From: an uncultured delta proteobacterium
Lineage (GTDB): Bacteria > Desulfobacterota > BSN033 > UBA1163
Assembly (NCBI GenBank): GCA_963827685.1
Contig: CAWHBU010000005.1
Coordinates: 96,001 to 160,000 of the forward strand
Reading direction: 5' to 3'
Length of the DNA stretch: 64,000 nucleotides
The notes under the pieces were generated by a model. It had not been told where the DNA came from, ran no database searches, and saw nothing but the letters and a program-made list of their open reading frames with translations. Below are positions 39,136 to 49,424 of the stretch, in pieces (position 1 is the first letter of the stretch; each line of letters starts with the position of its first letter). The position numbers and the translations under genes are program-made.

Positions 39136-39921
39136 CTACGGGTTTGTTTTCTTTGAGCCTTTAGTTTTCTTAATGAACATCCTCATCTTTTCATGAAAAT
39201 CAATGAACGTTGAGCTGTAAGCATTACTCAAGGATTCGAGGTAGGTAAAAGGGATTCCTGGCATATCTAAGCTGTGGTTTGTAAGAAATTTTGCCAGTTC
39301 CATAGCCACTGGATTTTTTTCAGCCAGTTCCTTGGCCATGTTTTTCGCCTCATCCAACAGCTGGTTCCTCGGAACCACTTTAGTCAATAATCCCATCTGA
39401 AAGGCTGCCTTGGCATCGATGATCCTACCAAGAAGGGTAAGTTCTTTAGTTTTTGCAAGACCGATCAGCCTCGGAAGTCGCCAGGCACTACCCCACCCTC
39501 CAGGGAAATTCAAATTGACTTCAGGAAGTCCTACCTTAATATCATCAGCAGCAATTCTAAAATCACAGGCCAGGGCTAAATCGAGTCCACCACCAATCGC
39601 GTGGCCATTGATCACAGCGACCACCGGCTGACGGAGCCTCTCGATGGCCTCCATGACATGGTGTCCGAGCAGGGAATGGATGCGGAAGAATGATGGTTCC
39701 TTATCCAGCATCTCATCGATGTCAGACCCTGCACAAAAAGCCTTCTGGCCAATTCCGGTGATGATCAGGGACCTCATATCCTTTAAATTTCCTACGTCAT
39801 TGATGACCTGCCTAAATTCCACCAATGAATCATCATTCAACGCATTGGTCAGTTCGGGACGGTTTATAGTAATGTTTCCCACCGAGTCGTCTTGTTCGAA
39901 AAGAAAATATTTGTATTGCAT
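39136..39921 (-). CDS. Enoyl-CoA hydratase/isomerase family protein
   Basis: INRP..NAL, AFCAGSDI, GHAIGGG, LACDFRIA, GLPEV. Confidence 0.9.
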   Translation of the reverse strand: MQYKYFLFEQDDSVGNITINRPELTNALNDDSLVEFRQVINDVGNLKDMRSLIITGIGQKAFCAGSDIDEMLDKEPSFFRIHSLLGHHVMEAIERLRQPVVAVINGHAIGGGLDLALACDFRIAADDIKVGLPEVNLNFPGGWGSAWRLPRLIGLAKTKELTLLGRIIDAKAAFQMGLLTKVVPRNQLLDEAKNMAKELAEKNPVAMELAKFLTNHSLDMPGIPFTYLESLSNAYSSTFIDFHEKMRMFIKKTKGSKKTNP

Positions 39922-39941
39922 CTTTCTCCCCCAGAGGAGCA

Positions 39942-41100
39942 TCACCAAGCTTTTAAATCCAACAGGTGGAGCGCAATGAGCCCTCTTTGAATTTCATTGG
40001 TACCATCAAAAATCTGCAATATCTTTACGTCTCTAAAGATCCGTTCTACGGCATAGCCTCTGATATATCCGTACCCTCCAAAAATTTGCACCGCATTGGT
40101 GGCATGCTTCATGGCCACATCAGTAGCAAACAGTTTAGCCATCGAAGCTTCAAAGGTGCACCTCCTACCCGTTTTGAGGGATTCGTCTCGTAGATTGGCT
40201 GCCCAATAGACCAATAAACGGGCTGCCTCCAATTCAGTCGCCATGTCGGCAATCATGGCTTGGATCATTTGATAGGCACCAATCGGTTTTCCAAAAGCGT
40301 ATCTTTCCCTTGAATAGGAAACCGAATTTTCCAAGGCTCCCCTAGAGCCTCCTAAGGCCATCCCTGCGCACTCCAATCGCGTCCCATCTAATGCACTCAT
40401 TGCAATCTTGAAACCACCTCCTTCCCTCCCAAGGAGACAAGAGGCGGAAACAATGCAATTTTCAAAAATGACATCGGATACAGGCACCCCCTTCTGTCCC
40501 ATCTTTTTCTCTTTGGCTCCGATAGTGATCCCAGGCGTGTCAACATCCATCACAAAGGTGCTGATGCCTTTGGCACCCGCAGTCTTCTCAGTTTTGAAAA
40601 AAACGATAAGGTTTCGAAGCAACTGGAGCCATGGTACCGAATGTCTTAATCCCATTCAGAACATATTTGTCTCCCTCTTTGACCGCACTGGCCTTGATCG
40701 CAGCTGCATCCGAACCCGCATGAGATTCCGAGAGACAGAAAGCGCTGACTTTTCCCTCAACCAAAGGACGTAAATACTTTTCTTTTTGGTATTCTGTACC
40801 AAAGAGATCGAGTGTTTTCAAACAGAGGCGCTGATCACTGATGATGTCCGCAACACCAATCGAAACCCTTCCCACTTCCTCCGTAGCAATGAGTTGGGAA
40901 ATGGTATCCAACTCTCCCCCCCCATATTTCTCTGTCACACCGGCAGCGATCAAACCCATTCCAGCCATCTGACGGTGGAGGTCCCATGGAAACTCATCTT
41001 GTTCATCAATTTCAACCGCTCGAGGAACCACCTGCTGATCAGTAAACCTTTTAACCGTCTCTTTGATCTGCTTCTGTTCCTCTGTGTAATTAAAATCCAT
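39942..41100 (-). pseudogene. Acyl-CoA dehydrogenase split by a frameshift (real or sequencing error)
   Basis: The N-half (FCLSESHAGSD, LNGIKTF) and C-half (KMGQKG, FGGYGY, IFDGTNEIQR) are in different frames. Removing one A at ~40612-40614 joins them. Confidence 0.8.
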
Positions 41101-41124
41101 CTTCCAGCCCCTTTCTCCTACGGA

Positions 41125-42312
41125 TCAAACAACTCCCTCTTTTTCGAGTGCTCGAATCTCCTCCTTTGGATAACCAAGTAAGCTTCCGAAGATCTCCTCA
41201 TTGTGCTGACCCAACTTCGGCGGATTGGAATGAATTTGCCCTGGACTCAACGATAATTTGGGGAGAATCCCGATGACATTGAAGGAACCCAGCCCTTCAT
41301 AGGACACCTTCTGGGTCAGGTTCCGTTCCGTGAATTGAGGGTCTTTGACCATCTGATCAATGGAATAAACGGGAGCACAGGGAACATCCGATTTCCTTAA
41401 AATCTGAATTGACTCTTCAACAGTTCTGCTATCTAACCAAGCCTGAAGAATTTTATCCACTTCATCCTCGTTCTCAACCCTTTTCAGATTCGTTCCAAAC
41501 TGAGGAGATTCGGCAAGCTCTTTTCTGCCGATGGCGCTCGCCAGCCTCTTCCATTGTTCGTCATTTCCTACCGCAATGACAAGATAACCATCCTTCACCT
41601 GGTAACAATTGTACGGCGTAATGGTTCGGACGCGGCTCCCAACCCTTTTTGCAACGATTCCCAGCAAATCAAAATTAGTGATGACATTTTCGAGGCTTGC
41701 AGCCACGCTGTCAAAGATAGAAGCATCCACATACTGTCCCTCTCCGGTTTTTTCGCGGTAATAAAGGGCAACCATGGTTCCATAAAGGGCGTATAATGCC
41801 GCAAGAATATCACCCAATCCGGGACCTGTTCTCACTGGAGGGCCATCTGGAAAACCGGTCAGATCCATCATCCCCCCCATGGCCTGGGCAATAATCTCAT
41901 AGGCCGGCAAGGGCGCATAGGGGCCGGTCTGCCCGAACCCCGCGACCGAGGTAAATATAATATCTGGTTTGATTTTCTTTAGAGTGGAATACCCTATCCC
42001 CAATTTGTCCATCATGCCGACTCTATTGTTCTCAATCACGACATCTGATTTCTTAGCGAGGTCGTAAAAGATTTCAACCCCCTTTCTTGATTTTAGATTA
42101 AGGGTAATGCTCTTTTTGTTACGATTGAAAGCCAAAAAGAAGGTGCCTATTCCTTTGAGTTGAGGCGACCAATACCGACACTCATCACCGATCCGAGGGA
42201 CCTCGATCTTAATCACCTCGGCTCCCATATCTGCTAAAAGCATTCCGACTTGGGGACCGGCTAAAGCTTTTGCCACTTCAAGTACTCTAATATTTTTCAG
42301 TGGTTCAGCCAT
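41125..42312 (-). CDS. CaiB/BaiF family III CoA-transferase
   Basis: LAGP...LADMGAEVIKIE, NRNKKSITLNL, GFGQTGPY, PKLGQHN. Confidence 0.92.
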   Translation of the reverse strand: MAEPLKNIRVLEVAKALAGPQVGMLLADMGAEVIKIEVPRIGDECRYWSPQLKGIGTFFLAFNRNKKSITLNLKSRKGVEIFYDLAKKSDVVIENNRVGMMDKLGIGYSTLKKIKPDIIFTSVAGFGQTGPYAPLPAYEIIAQAMGGMMDLTGFPDGPPVRTGPGLGDILAALYALYGTMVALYYREKTGEGQYVDASIFDSVAASLENVITNFDLLGIVAKRVGSRVRTITPYNCYQVKDGYLVIAVGNDEQWKRLASAIGRKELAESPQFGTNLKRVENEDEVDKILQAWLDSRTVEESIQILRKSDVPCAPVYSIDQMVKDPQFTERNLTQKVSYEGLGSFNVIGILPKLSLSPGQIHSNPPKLGQHNEEIFGSLLGYPKEEIRALEKEGVV

Positions 42313-42387
42313 CTCCCTCTTTTGGTTCCTCCTCACCTGTTCTCTATTCGTTTTCTATCTCTAAATATGAAACCTTTCTCTTCAAGG

Positions 42388-43092
42388 CTAACCTCCAAGG
42401 TAGGTCTTCTTAACTCGTTCATCACTCAGAAACTCCTTTGCAGAACCCTCCAAAACAATTTTACCCGTCTCCATCACATAGGCACGATTCGCAATGCTTA
42501 GTGCCATATTCGCATTTTGTTCTATGAGTAAGACCGTGATTCCTTCTTTTTGGATTCTCTCAATAATATTCAGTATTTCCTTGACAAGCAATGGGGCAAG
42601 GCCAGCGGACGGCTCATCGAGCAAAAGCAGTTTCGGCCGTGACATGAGAGCACGACCCATTGCTAACATCTGTTGTTCGCCACCGCTGAGCGTGCCAGCC
42701 AGCTGTTGTCTCCTTTCTTTGAGTAAGGGAAAACTTCGATAAACTACCTCGAAATCTTCGTCGATGGTTTTTTGGCCTTTGACCGTGTAGGCCCCCATTT
42801 CGAGATTCTCTCGAACGGTCATTCGGGCAAAAATTTGACGGCCCTCTGGGCATTGCGAGATGCCATATCGAACGATGATATCAGGAGAAAGTCCACCGAT
42901 CTGATTTTCCATGAAGGTGATTTTGCCTGAGGAAGGAGCAAGCAAACCCGAAATGGTCCTCAGGGTGGTCGTTTTGCCCGCTCCGTTGGCACCCAGAAGG
43001 GTAACGATTTCCCCCTCCCTCACATCCATGGAAATATCAAAAAGGGCCTGCGTACGTTTATAAAACGTGCTGATCTTATCTATATCCAACAT
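42388..43092 (-). CDS. LivF-like ABC ATP-binding protein
   Basis: GANGAGKTT, LSGGEQQML. Confidence 0.9.
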   Translation of the reverse strand: MLDIDKISTFYKRTQALFDISMDVREGEIVTLLGANGAGKTTTLRTISGLLAPSSGKITFMENQIGGLSPDIIVRYGISQCPEGRQIFARMTVRENLEMGAYTVKGQKTIDEDFEVVYRSFPLLKERRQQLAGTLSGGEQQMLAMGRALMSRPKLLLLDEPSAGLAPLLVKEILNIIERIQKEGITVLLIEQNANMALSIANRAYVMETGKIVLEGSAKEFLSDERVKKTYLGG

Positions 43093-43095
43093 CTC

Positions 43096-43860
43096 TTACC
43101 AACCCGCGCCACCCAGATAGGCCCGGATGACCTCTTCGTTTTCTTGAATCTCCCTCGGCTTGCCCTCCGCGATCTTCTTCCCGTAATTCAAAACGACAAT
43201 CCGGTCGGAAATACCCATGACCATGCCCATGTCATGCTCGACGAGAAGGATTGTGATCCCGTTGGATCGGATCTTTTTGATGAGTTCCATCACACGATCT
43301 TTTTCGGAAGGATTCATCCCCGTGGCAGGTTCGTCCAAGAGAAGAAGATTCGGCTCCCCTGCCAGGGCGACAGCGATTTCTAATAATCTTTGCTCGCCGG
43401 AGGGAAGGTTTCGAGCCATTTCAGCCTTTCGATGGGCAAGGCCGACAAAATCAAGAATGGCTTCTACTTTCTCCTTACTCTTTTTCTCTTCCATCCGAAC
43501 ATCATTCGTATTGAAAATAATCTTCAAGAATCCGCCTTTTGTTCGGGAGTGTCTGCCCATCATCACTCCGTCAAAAACGGAGACTGAGGAGAAAATGTTG
43601 GTCTTCTGAAAAGTTCGAATGAGTCCTTTAGAAGCAATTTGGTGAGGTGGGAGCCTGACAATATCTTCCCTGCTGTATATGACTTGACCATGGGTCGGAG
43701 AGAGGAATCCTGTGATGATATTGAAGGCTGTCGTCTTCCCTGCACCATTTGGACCTATGAGAGCGACGATCTCTTCTTCGGCCACATGGAAACTAAGGTC
43801 ATAGAGGGCCACTAAACCTCCAAACTGAATCGTTAGTTGTTTGAGCTCAAGGTCCGCCAT
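43096..43860 (-). CDS. LivG-like ABC ATP-binding protein
   Basis: GPNGAGKTT, LLDEPATG, VEHDM. Confidence 0.9.
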   Translation of the reverse strand: MADLELKQLTIQFGGLVALYDLSFHVAEEEIVALIGPNGAGKTTAFNIITGFLSPTHGQVIYSREDIVRLPPHQIASKGLIRTFQKTNIFSSVSVFDGVMMGRHSRTKGGFLKIIFNTNDVRMEEKKSKEKVEAILDFVGLAHRKAEMARNLPSGEQRLLEIAVALAGEPNLLLLDEPATGMNPSEKDRVMELIKKIRSNGITILLVEHDMGMVMGISDRIVVLNYGKKIAEGKPREIQENEEVIRAYLGGAGW

Positions 43861-44843
43861 AATCTCATCTTCCAGCTTTCAAGAGCATTGGAAATAGGCA
43901 TCAATTTGTAGATAATCCCATCAGGGATGTAGAGAGTGACAATGACCAGAAGAAACCCGAAGATAGGTAACCGGTACATCGCCGCCATCCGGAGAAACTC
44001 TGGCAATATAGAGATAATGATCGCACCCAGAATGGGACCACTAATGGTGCCCTTGCCTCCGATGGCGATCATTAACAACATCGTGATCATACTATAAAAA
44101 CCAAACATATCAGGGGTCACCAGGTTGAGATAGTGCGCTTGGAAACTTCCGGCCACCCCGGCATAGATGCTCGAGATGACAAAGGCAAAGAGGCTATAGC
44201 CAAAAGTGTTGACCCCCATCGATTTTGCCAGTTCTTCATTCTCGCGGATCGCGATGAAAGCTCTCCCGATGCGAGAGTGAATCAGCCGGTATTCCACATA
44301 GAGACCAACAAAAACCATTACTAAAACAAGATAGTAATATTGCATCTTAGTCTGAAATGTAAAATTCCATAATCCAGGAATATAAAGTGTGGGAGAGGGA
44401 ATGCCTGGCATCCCCATGGGACCTCCAGTGAGGTCCACCCAATTGATGCAGACGAGCTCCATGATCAGAGCGAAAGCAAGGGTCACGATTACGAAATAAT
44501 GACTCCGCAGTCTCAAGCAGACTGCCCCTATGAGAAAACCTGCTATCCCGGCTAAAAGAGCGGCTGCTGTCAAGCAGGGAAGATAGGAAAGATGATAGTT
44601 CTTCATTAAGAAGGCTGAGGTATACCCCCCGATGCCCAAGAATGCCTGCTGCCCAAGGCTCAGGGCTCCTGTATAGCCAATGATGATATTTAATCCTGTT
44701 ACTAAAATGATGAAAAACCCTGTATCGATAAGGATATGCATCAGATAACCGCTTTCTACAAAAAGCGGCGCTGTGAAGGCTAAGAAAATTCCAACCCAGT
44801 GAACGAGCTTAAGCTGTTTTAGGCAACCCACGTTACTCTCCAA
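43833..44843 (-). CDS. LivM-like ABC permease
   Basis: LRLRSHYF, TGGPMG, GRAFIAIRENE. Confidence 0.9.
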   Translation of the reverse strand: MESNVGCLKQLKLVHWVGIFLAFTAPLFVESGYLMHILIDTGFFIILVTGLNIIIGYTGALSLGQQAFLGIGGYTSAFLMKNYHLSYLPCLTAAALLAGIAGFLIGAVCLRLRSHYFVIVTLAFALIMELVCINWVDLTGGPMGMPGIPSPTLYIPGLWNFTFQTKMQYYYLVLVMVFVGLYVEYRLIHSRIGRAFIAIRENEELAKSMGVNTFGYSLFAFVISSIYAGVAGSFQAHYLNLVTPDMFGFYSMITMLLMIAIGGKGTISGPILGAIIISILPEFLRMAAMYRLPIFGFLLVIVTLYIPDGIIYKLMPISNALESWKMRLWRTLSSNN

Positions 44844-45693
44844 AAAGTCCTTGCGGCCTAAAGAGGAGGACTAAGATGACAATGACGAAGCCTACTGCAT
44901 CCTTATAACCGGTTGAGATAAAACCAGCCCCTAAACTTTCGGAGATCCCGAGAATGATGCCACTGAAAAATGCTCCGACAAAGTTGCCCATCCCTCCCAT
45001 GATTACTATGATGAATGCCTTCAAGACAGCCAATTCACCCATAGTCGGATAGACAAGATAAATCGTTCCCAATAGAATGCCGGCCATGCCTGCCACGACT
45101 GAACCGATGGCAAAGGTATAGAGGTAGATGCGGTCAATCCGAATCCCCATCAGGGCAGCTGCATCCTTATTTTCAAAGGTAGCTCGCATTGCTTTCCCGA
45201 GTTTAGTCTTTCTAATAAGGTAGTGAAGAAGGATGATGACGCCGATGGTAAGCAAAAGAGCAAATATTCTGGGTTGGGTGACATAGACGTATCCTAATTT
45301 TAACGAGGCAGGGGGGAAGGGATTAGGTATTTTTTTGGGCACACCGCCCCATATGACTAACGCCGTATTTTTAAGGAAGATAGAAAGACCAATGGTCACG
45401 AGGGCTGTCATGAGAATCGGAGCATTACGTATGGGCTTGATGGTGAGACGCTCGATGATCCCTCCAAAAACCAGAACTCCACCCATCCCCAATAAGATCG
45501 AGAGGAAATAGTTCACTTGAAGAATTGCAACGAGGCTATAAACAAAAAAGGCTCCTAACATGTATAGTTCACCATGGGCAAAATTCACTACATTCATGAG
45601 GCCGAAGATCAGGGTTAGTCCTACCCCCATCAATCCATAGGCCGATCCAATGATCGCGCCATTAAACATGTGGGTGACAAACTGTTCAAACAT
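44833..45693 (-). CDS. LivH-like ABC permease
   Basis: LIFGLMNVVNFAHGE, RPQGLFG. Confidence 0.9.
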   Translation of the reverse strand: MFEQFVTHMFNGAIIGSAYGLMGVGLTLIFGLMNVVNFAHGELYMLGAFFVYSLVAILQVNYFLSILLGMGGVLVFGGIIERLTIKPIRNAPILMTALVTIGLSIFLKNTALVIWGGVPKKIPNPFPPASLKLGYVYVTQPRIFALLLTIGVIILLHYLIRKTKLGKAMRATFENKDAAALMGIRIDRIYLYTFAIGSVVAGMAGILLGTIYLVYPTMGELAVLKAFIIVIMGGMGNFVGAFFSGIILGISESLGAGFISTGYKDAVGFVIVILVLLFRPQGLFGE

Positions 45694-45707
45694 AAGATCT
45701 CCTACTT

Positions 45708-45740
45708 AAAGAGGCTATGGCAGGGGGCCATAGCCTCTTT
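45708..45740 (-). terminator. Perfect 13-bp hairpin after the substrate-binding protein gene (mRNA stabiliser or partial terminator)
   Basis: AAAGAGGCTATGG-cagggg(g)-CCATAGCCTCTTT. Confidence 0.6.
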
Positions 45741-45743
45741 GCT

Positions 45744-46874
45744 CTAATCAGCAGGGACATGTCTCAAGACTTGTACTTTCCCCTCCTTGATCTGAGTAAC
45801 TACAACATAAGCAATTCCGCGGTGCCGCTCATCAAAGCGGAAATTCACGCCATGGAGAGTATCCATCCTAGTCTTTTCAATAGCACTCGTTAGCTTTTCT
45901 GGATCAGTTCCTCCGGCCCGCTTCACCGCATCAGCGATAATAATCACAGCGTCATAGCCAGCGGCTGGATATTTACCTGGGGTTCCAAGCTGTGGATACC
46001 GAGCCATATAGTCTTTTACAAAAGCGACATTTAGAGTGTCCTGAATCCCTGGAGCCCATTCAGCGCCTCCATAGATCCCTTCGCTATCCGCTCCGGCCAG
46101 TTTAATGAAGTGCGACTCCACAATGGCCCCCGTCGCAAGGGTGGGCTTTTTCAGTCCCTGCTCCCTCATCTGTTTAATGAGCAAGGCTCCATCTTGTGCT
46201 TCAGCGACAATGAACATAGCATCAGGCTTGACCCCCTTCACTTTTGTAATGAAAGGTAAGTAATCGGTTTCGCCATGGGAAAATAGATCTTTACTCAGAA
46301 TCTTCACCCCAGACCCTTCAAAAAGGTCGCCAAAGTCTTTAGTGGCATTCCGTCCCCAGTCATCGTTTACTGCAAGGATGCATACAGTTTTCACTTTGTT
46401 TGTATCGACGAAGAATTTCACTGAGGCCTTGGCAAGAGCTCTTTCTCCCGGGGGCATCCGGAAGTAATACTTAATTGGATCTTCTAAAAGCTTAGGAGAG
46501 GTGGAGATGGCATTGACCATGGGAATTCCATATTTCATGGCAACCGGTTTTGCAGCCAAACTCGCTGTGCTGCAAAAAGCACCAATGAAGACAGGAACTT
46601 TATCCTTAGCAATCAGTTTCTCCGCCGCCGCTCTTGTTTCGTTGGGTTTACACATCCCATCCTCAACAACTAATTCAATCTTTCTTCCAAGAATACCGCC
46701 CTTTGCATTGATTTGCTCTACAGCCAGCTTAGCCCCATTAACCGCCGCTTGTCCATCGAGGGCAATAGAACCTGTCAGCGGCTGGATGATCCCTATTCGA
46801 ATTGGCTCCTGGGCAAAACTGGTTTGAATAACGAAAAGAAATGCGATAGATGAAAGAACAATAAGTTTTTTCAT
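45744..46874 (-). CDS. LivK-like ABC substrate-binding protein
   Basis: Signal peptide, IGIIQPLTG, INAKGGILGRKIEL. Confidence 0.9.
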   Translation of the reverse strand: MKKLIVLSSIAFLFVIQTSFAQEPIRIGIIQPLTGSIALDGQAAVNGAKLAVEQINAKGGILGRKIELVVEDGMCKPNETRAAAEKLIAKDKVPVFIGAFCSTASLAAKPVAMKYGIPMVNAISTSPKLLEDPIKYYFRMPPGERALAKASVKFFVDTNKVKTVCILAVNDDWGRNATKDFGDLFEGSGVKILSKDLFSHGETDYLPFITKVKGVKPDAMFIVAEAQDGALLIKQMREQGLKKPTLATGAIVESHFIKLAGADSEGIYGGAEWAPGIQDTLNVAFVKDYMARYPQLGTPGKYPAAGYDAVIIIADAVKRAGGTDPEKLTSAIEKTRMDTLHGVNFRFDERHRGIAYVVVTQIKEGKVQVLRHVPAD

Positions 46875-47024
46875 TGGCAGACCCCCTTCCTTTTTAATGG
46901 AATCAATAACATTTAAAGAGATAAATAAAGATTCAGAGTGTGTTTTCCCTCCTCTTCATCTCCGTCTAACCAAAAAGGAGTTGATTGATATCGAACAGGC
47001 TAAACCCTTGCTCACCTCCCTTCC

Positions 47025-47573
47025 TTAAAAAGTGGGTGGACTCACCACCCATATCACGACCGCCCTCTTTTTGCCAGAGTTCGACCAGCTATGAGGCTCT
47101 TGGGATGAAAAATAAAAACTTTCGTTCTTTTTCACTCGATAGGGTTTCCCATTCAAATTGATCTCCAGTTCTCCCTGCAGGACAATCCCAAATTCTTCTC
47201 CGATATGGGAATAAGGCCCTTTTGATCCACCCCTGGGCTCAATCGTGGTATAAAAGGGCTGCATCCGTTTATTCTGGATACTCCGGACAAGCATCTGAAT
47301 CTTTGCATCCCCACGTTTAAAGCGAATGTTTACCCTCTCCCCTTCTTTGCAGACCACATCGTTCTCCTCGGTCTCTGGCTCGAGGAAAAAATCAACCACC
47401 TTCACCTGAAGGGCGGAGGCAATCTTTTTTAGAATCATGATAGAAGGGTTTGCGCGCCCCCGTTCCAGTTGGGAGAGGAAGGCGTCTGTGCAACCAGCCT
47501 TGCTGGCCAGTTGTTTGAGGGTCATTCGGTTTGCCAAGCGGAAGACTTTGAGTTTTTCGGCAATCTCTTTCAT
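47025..47573 (-). CDS. XRE-family HTH + cupin transcriptional regulator (copy 2, same protein sequence as copy 1)
   Basis: The translation is identical to 36918-37466 in the ORF track. Confidence 0.92.
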   Translation of the reverse strand: MKEIAEKLKVFRLANRMTLKQLASKAGCTDAFLSQLERGRANPSIMILKKIASALQVKVVDFFLEPETEENDVVCKEGERVNIRFKRGDAKIQMLVRSIQNKRMQPFYTTIEPRGGSKGPYSHIGEEFGIVLQGELEINLNGKPYRVKKNESFYFSSQEPHSWSNSGKKRAVVIWVVSPPTF

Positions 47574-47637
47574 CGGAGAGAAGTTAAATATAATTTAACC
47601 TAATTAACAAATACTTAATATCTAAAAATTTGTCAAG
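47025..47637. repeat. ~610-bp direct repeat, copy 2
   Basis: Matches 36918-37530. Confidence 0.95.
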
Positions 47638-47669
47638 CAGAAAATTCATCGAAGTTGGATGAAGGAAAT

Positions 47670-48401
47670 CTATTTTTTTGACAGCGTATAATCCAATTTA
47701 ATATTGGAAAGAGCACGGAAGATATTTCCTTTGACACGACGTTCTTTCTTGCTCAAAGTCTCAATCAAGTCTTTTACCACTTTTCTTTTCGTCTTTCCGG
47801 AGCTCGGACAACCGCTCGGGGCAAAAGGCAATCCCATTTCCCGGGCAAATCTCTCAATTTTCTTTTCCTCCAAAAGAGCTAAAGGCCGAATAAGGGCGAG
47901 CTTCCCTTTAAACAAGCTCTGAAGAGGAAGCATCGTGCTGATCTCAGCGCTGTAAAAAATATTAAGAAGAAGGGTCTCGATGATATCGTCCTGGTGATGG
48001 CCAAGGGCAATCTTGTTACATTTGAAACGATGAGCAAGGTGGAAGAGGCGCTTTCTCCTCTCCCAGGAGCAGAGGAAACAGGGGTTTTCTCGATTCTCTG
48101 CGCTGTTCGCTCTTCTCCCGATATCGGTAACCTCAATGTGGTAAGATAGCCCTTTCGTTTCAAAAAAATTCTCCAGGGTTTCCGTTCGCCCGGAATCAAA
48201 GCCGAGGTCAATGTAAACCGGCATGAGTTCGTAACGGATCGGGACGCGCTTGCTTCGTTCATGGAGAAGGTGGAGCAATGTCAGGCTATCCTTTCCGCCA
48301 GAGACCCCCACCAGAATGCGGTCTCCCTCCTGGATCAAACCATAACGGTGGATGGCCTTTCCCATCAAGCTTCGAATCTCTTTTTGCCAGTAGTCCCCCA
48401 T
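47670..48401 (-). CDS. ttcA: tRNA 2-thiocytidine biosynthesis TtcA-family PP-loop protein
   Basis: VSGGKDS, PCFLC, LGHHQDD, IRPL, CP. Confidence 0.75.
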   Translation of the reverse strand: MGDYWQKEIRSLMGKAIHRYGLIQEGDRILVGVSGGKDSLTLLHLLHERSKRVPIRYELMPVYIDLGFDSGRTETLENFFETKGLSYHIEVTDIGRRANSAENRENPCFLCSWERRKRLFHLAHRFKCNKIALGHHQDDIIETLLLNIFYSAEISTMLPLQSLFKGKLALIRPLALLEEKKIERFAREMGLPFAPSGCPSSGKTKRKVVKDLIETLSKKERRVKGNIFRALSNIKLDYTLSKK

Positions 48402-48427
48402 GTGACCTCACCGCTGAAAACCCAATA

Positions 48428-48597
48428 TATCCCCTCCCCCTTGATGGGGGAGGGGGGGGTGGGGGTGAAAAAGAGTTTATCTCCCCCTCCCCTCCATCCC
48501 CTCCCGCCAAGGGAGGGGAAAGTTTTTAGAATCTGTAGCGTCGGTATTTATTGCTGACGAAATCGTTTGTCGCCTCCAGTCAATGGAGGCGCTACAT
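48428..48597. repeat. CCCCTCCC/GGGAGGGG hairpin pair followed by a GTAG-type REP doublet
   Basis: Same repeat families as at 20028 and 22509. Confidence 0.7.
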
Positions 48598-48609
48598 TTC
48601 CATAAGACC

Positions 48610-49272
48610 TCACTCGACCCCTTGACCCCTCGGCCCCTCGAACCCTTTCAACGGACAGATATCACATCTCGGCGTCTTTTTACACACCATTTTTCCCACA
48701 TGAACGATGAGGGCATGATATTCGTTGAACAATTCTTCGTCAAGGGGAAGATGATCCATAAGGAGTTTCTGGATTTCCTCGTAAGAGGCTTCCTCTGAAA
48801 TGACTCCATGTCGAGAAAGGACCCTTTTCGTATAAGCATCGACAACGAAAATAGGTTTCTTCAAGGCATAGAGGAGGATGCTATCCGCTGTTTCGGGTCC
48901 GATTCCCTTGACTCCGAGAAGCTTTTTCCTCAACTCTACCAGCCCCTCTCTCTTCATTCTCTTTAAATCCCCGCCATATTCTTCAAATAAGAAGTCTATA
49001 AACGACTTCAATCGATCGGCTTTGATTCGGTAGTAACCTGACGATTTGATCAGCGAGGCGAGTTGTGAACGTTTAAGGTGATAGATCCCTTCCGGATTTA
49101 ATACCCTTCTCCCTTTTAGCTTCTGAATTGCTTTCTCCACATTTCTCCAGGAGGTATTTTGTGTGAGGATCGCTCCAACCATCACCTCAAAAGAAGTCTC
49201 ACCAGGCCACCAATTTCGGGAACCGTAAGTCCGGTTAAGTTTGCGGTAGATTTTCATTAAAATTTTCTTCAT
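48610..49272 (-). CDS. HhH-GPD / endonuclease III-domain protein
   Basis: GAILTQNT, KGIGPETADSI HhH, VVDAY, C-terminal Cys cluster. Confidence 0.88.
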   Translation of the reverse strand: MKKILMKIYRKLNRTYGSRNWWPGETSFEVMVGAILTQNTSWRNVEKAIQKLKGRRVLNPEGIYHLKRSQLASLIKSSGYYRIKADRLKSFIDFLFEEYGGDLKRMKREGLVELRKKLLGVKGIGPETADSILLYALKKPIFVVDAYTKRVLSRHGVISEEASYEEIQKLLMDHLPLDEELFNEYHALIVHVGKMVCKKTPRCDICPLKGFEGPRGQGVE

Positions 49273-49307
49273 AATGGTTTCTTGACTTCCAATTAGAATT
49301 ATCCAAA

Positions 49308-49420
49308 AGGGTCCAAGGGGTCAAGGATTCAAGGGGTCAAGCGAAAAATATGAGATGGAAAGAAGCATAATTTTTAAATTATAAACCCTTGAACCCATGA
49401 ACCCTCGAATCCTTGAACCC
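49308..49420. repeat. Octamer inverted array (GGGGTCAA / TTGAACCC); related copies at 48612-48646
   Basis: gggtccaaggggtcaaggattcaaggggtcaag ... cccttgaacccatgaaccctcgaatccttgaaccc. Confidence 0.75.
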
Positions 49421-49424
49421 TTTT

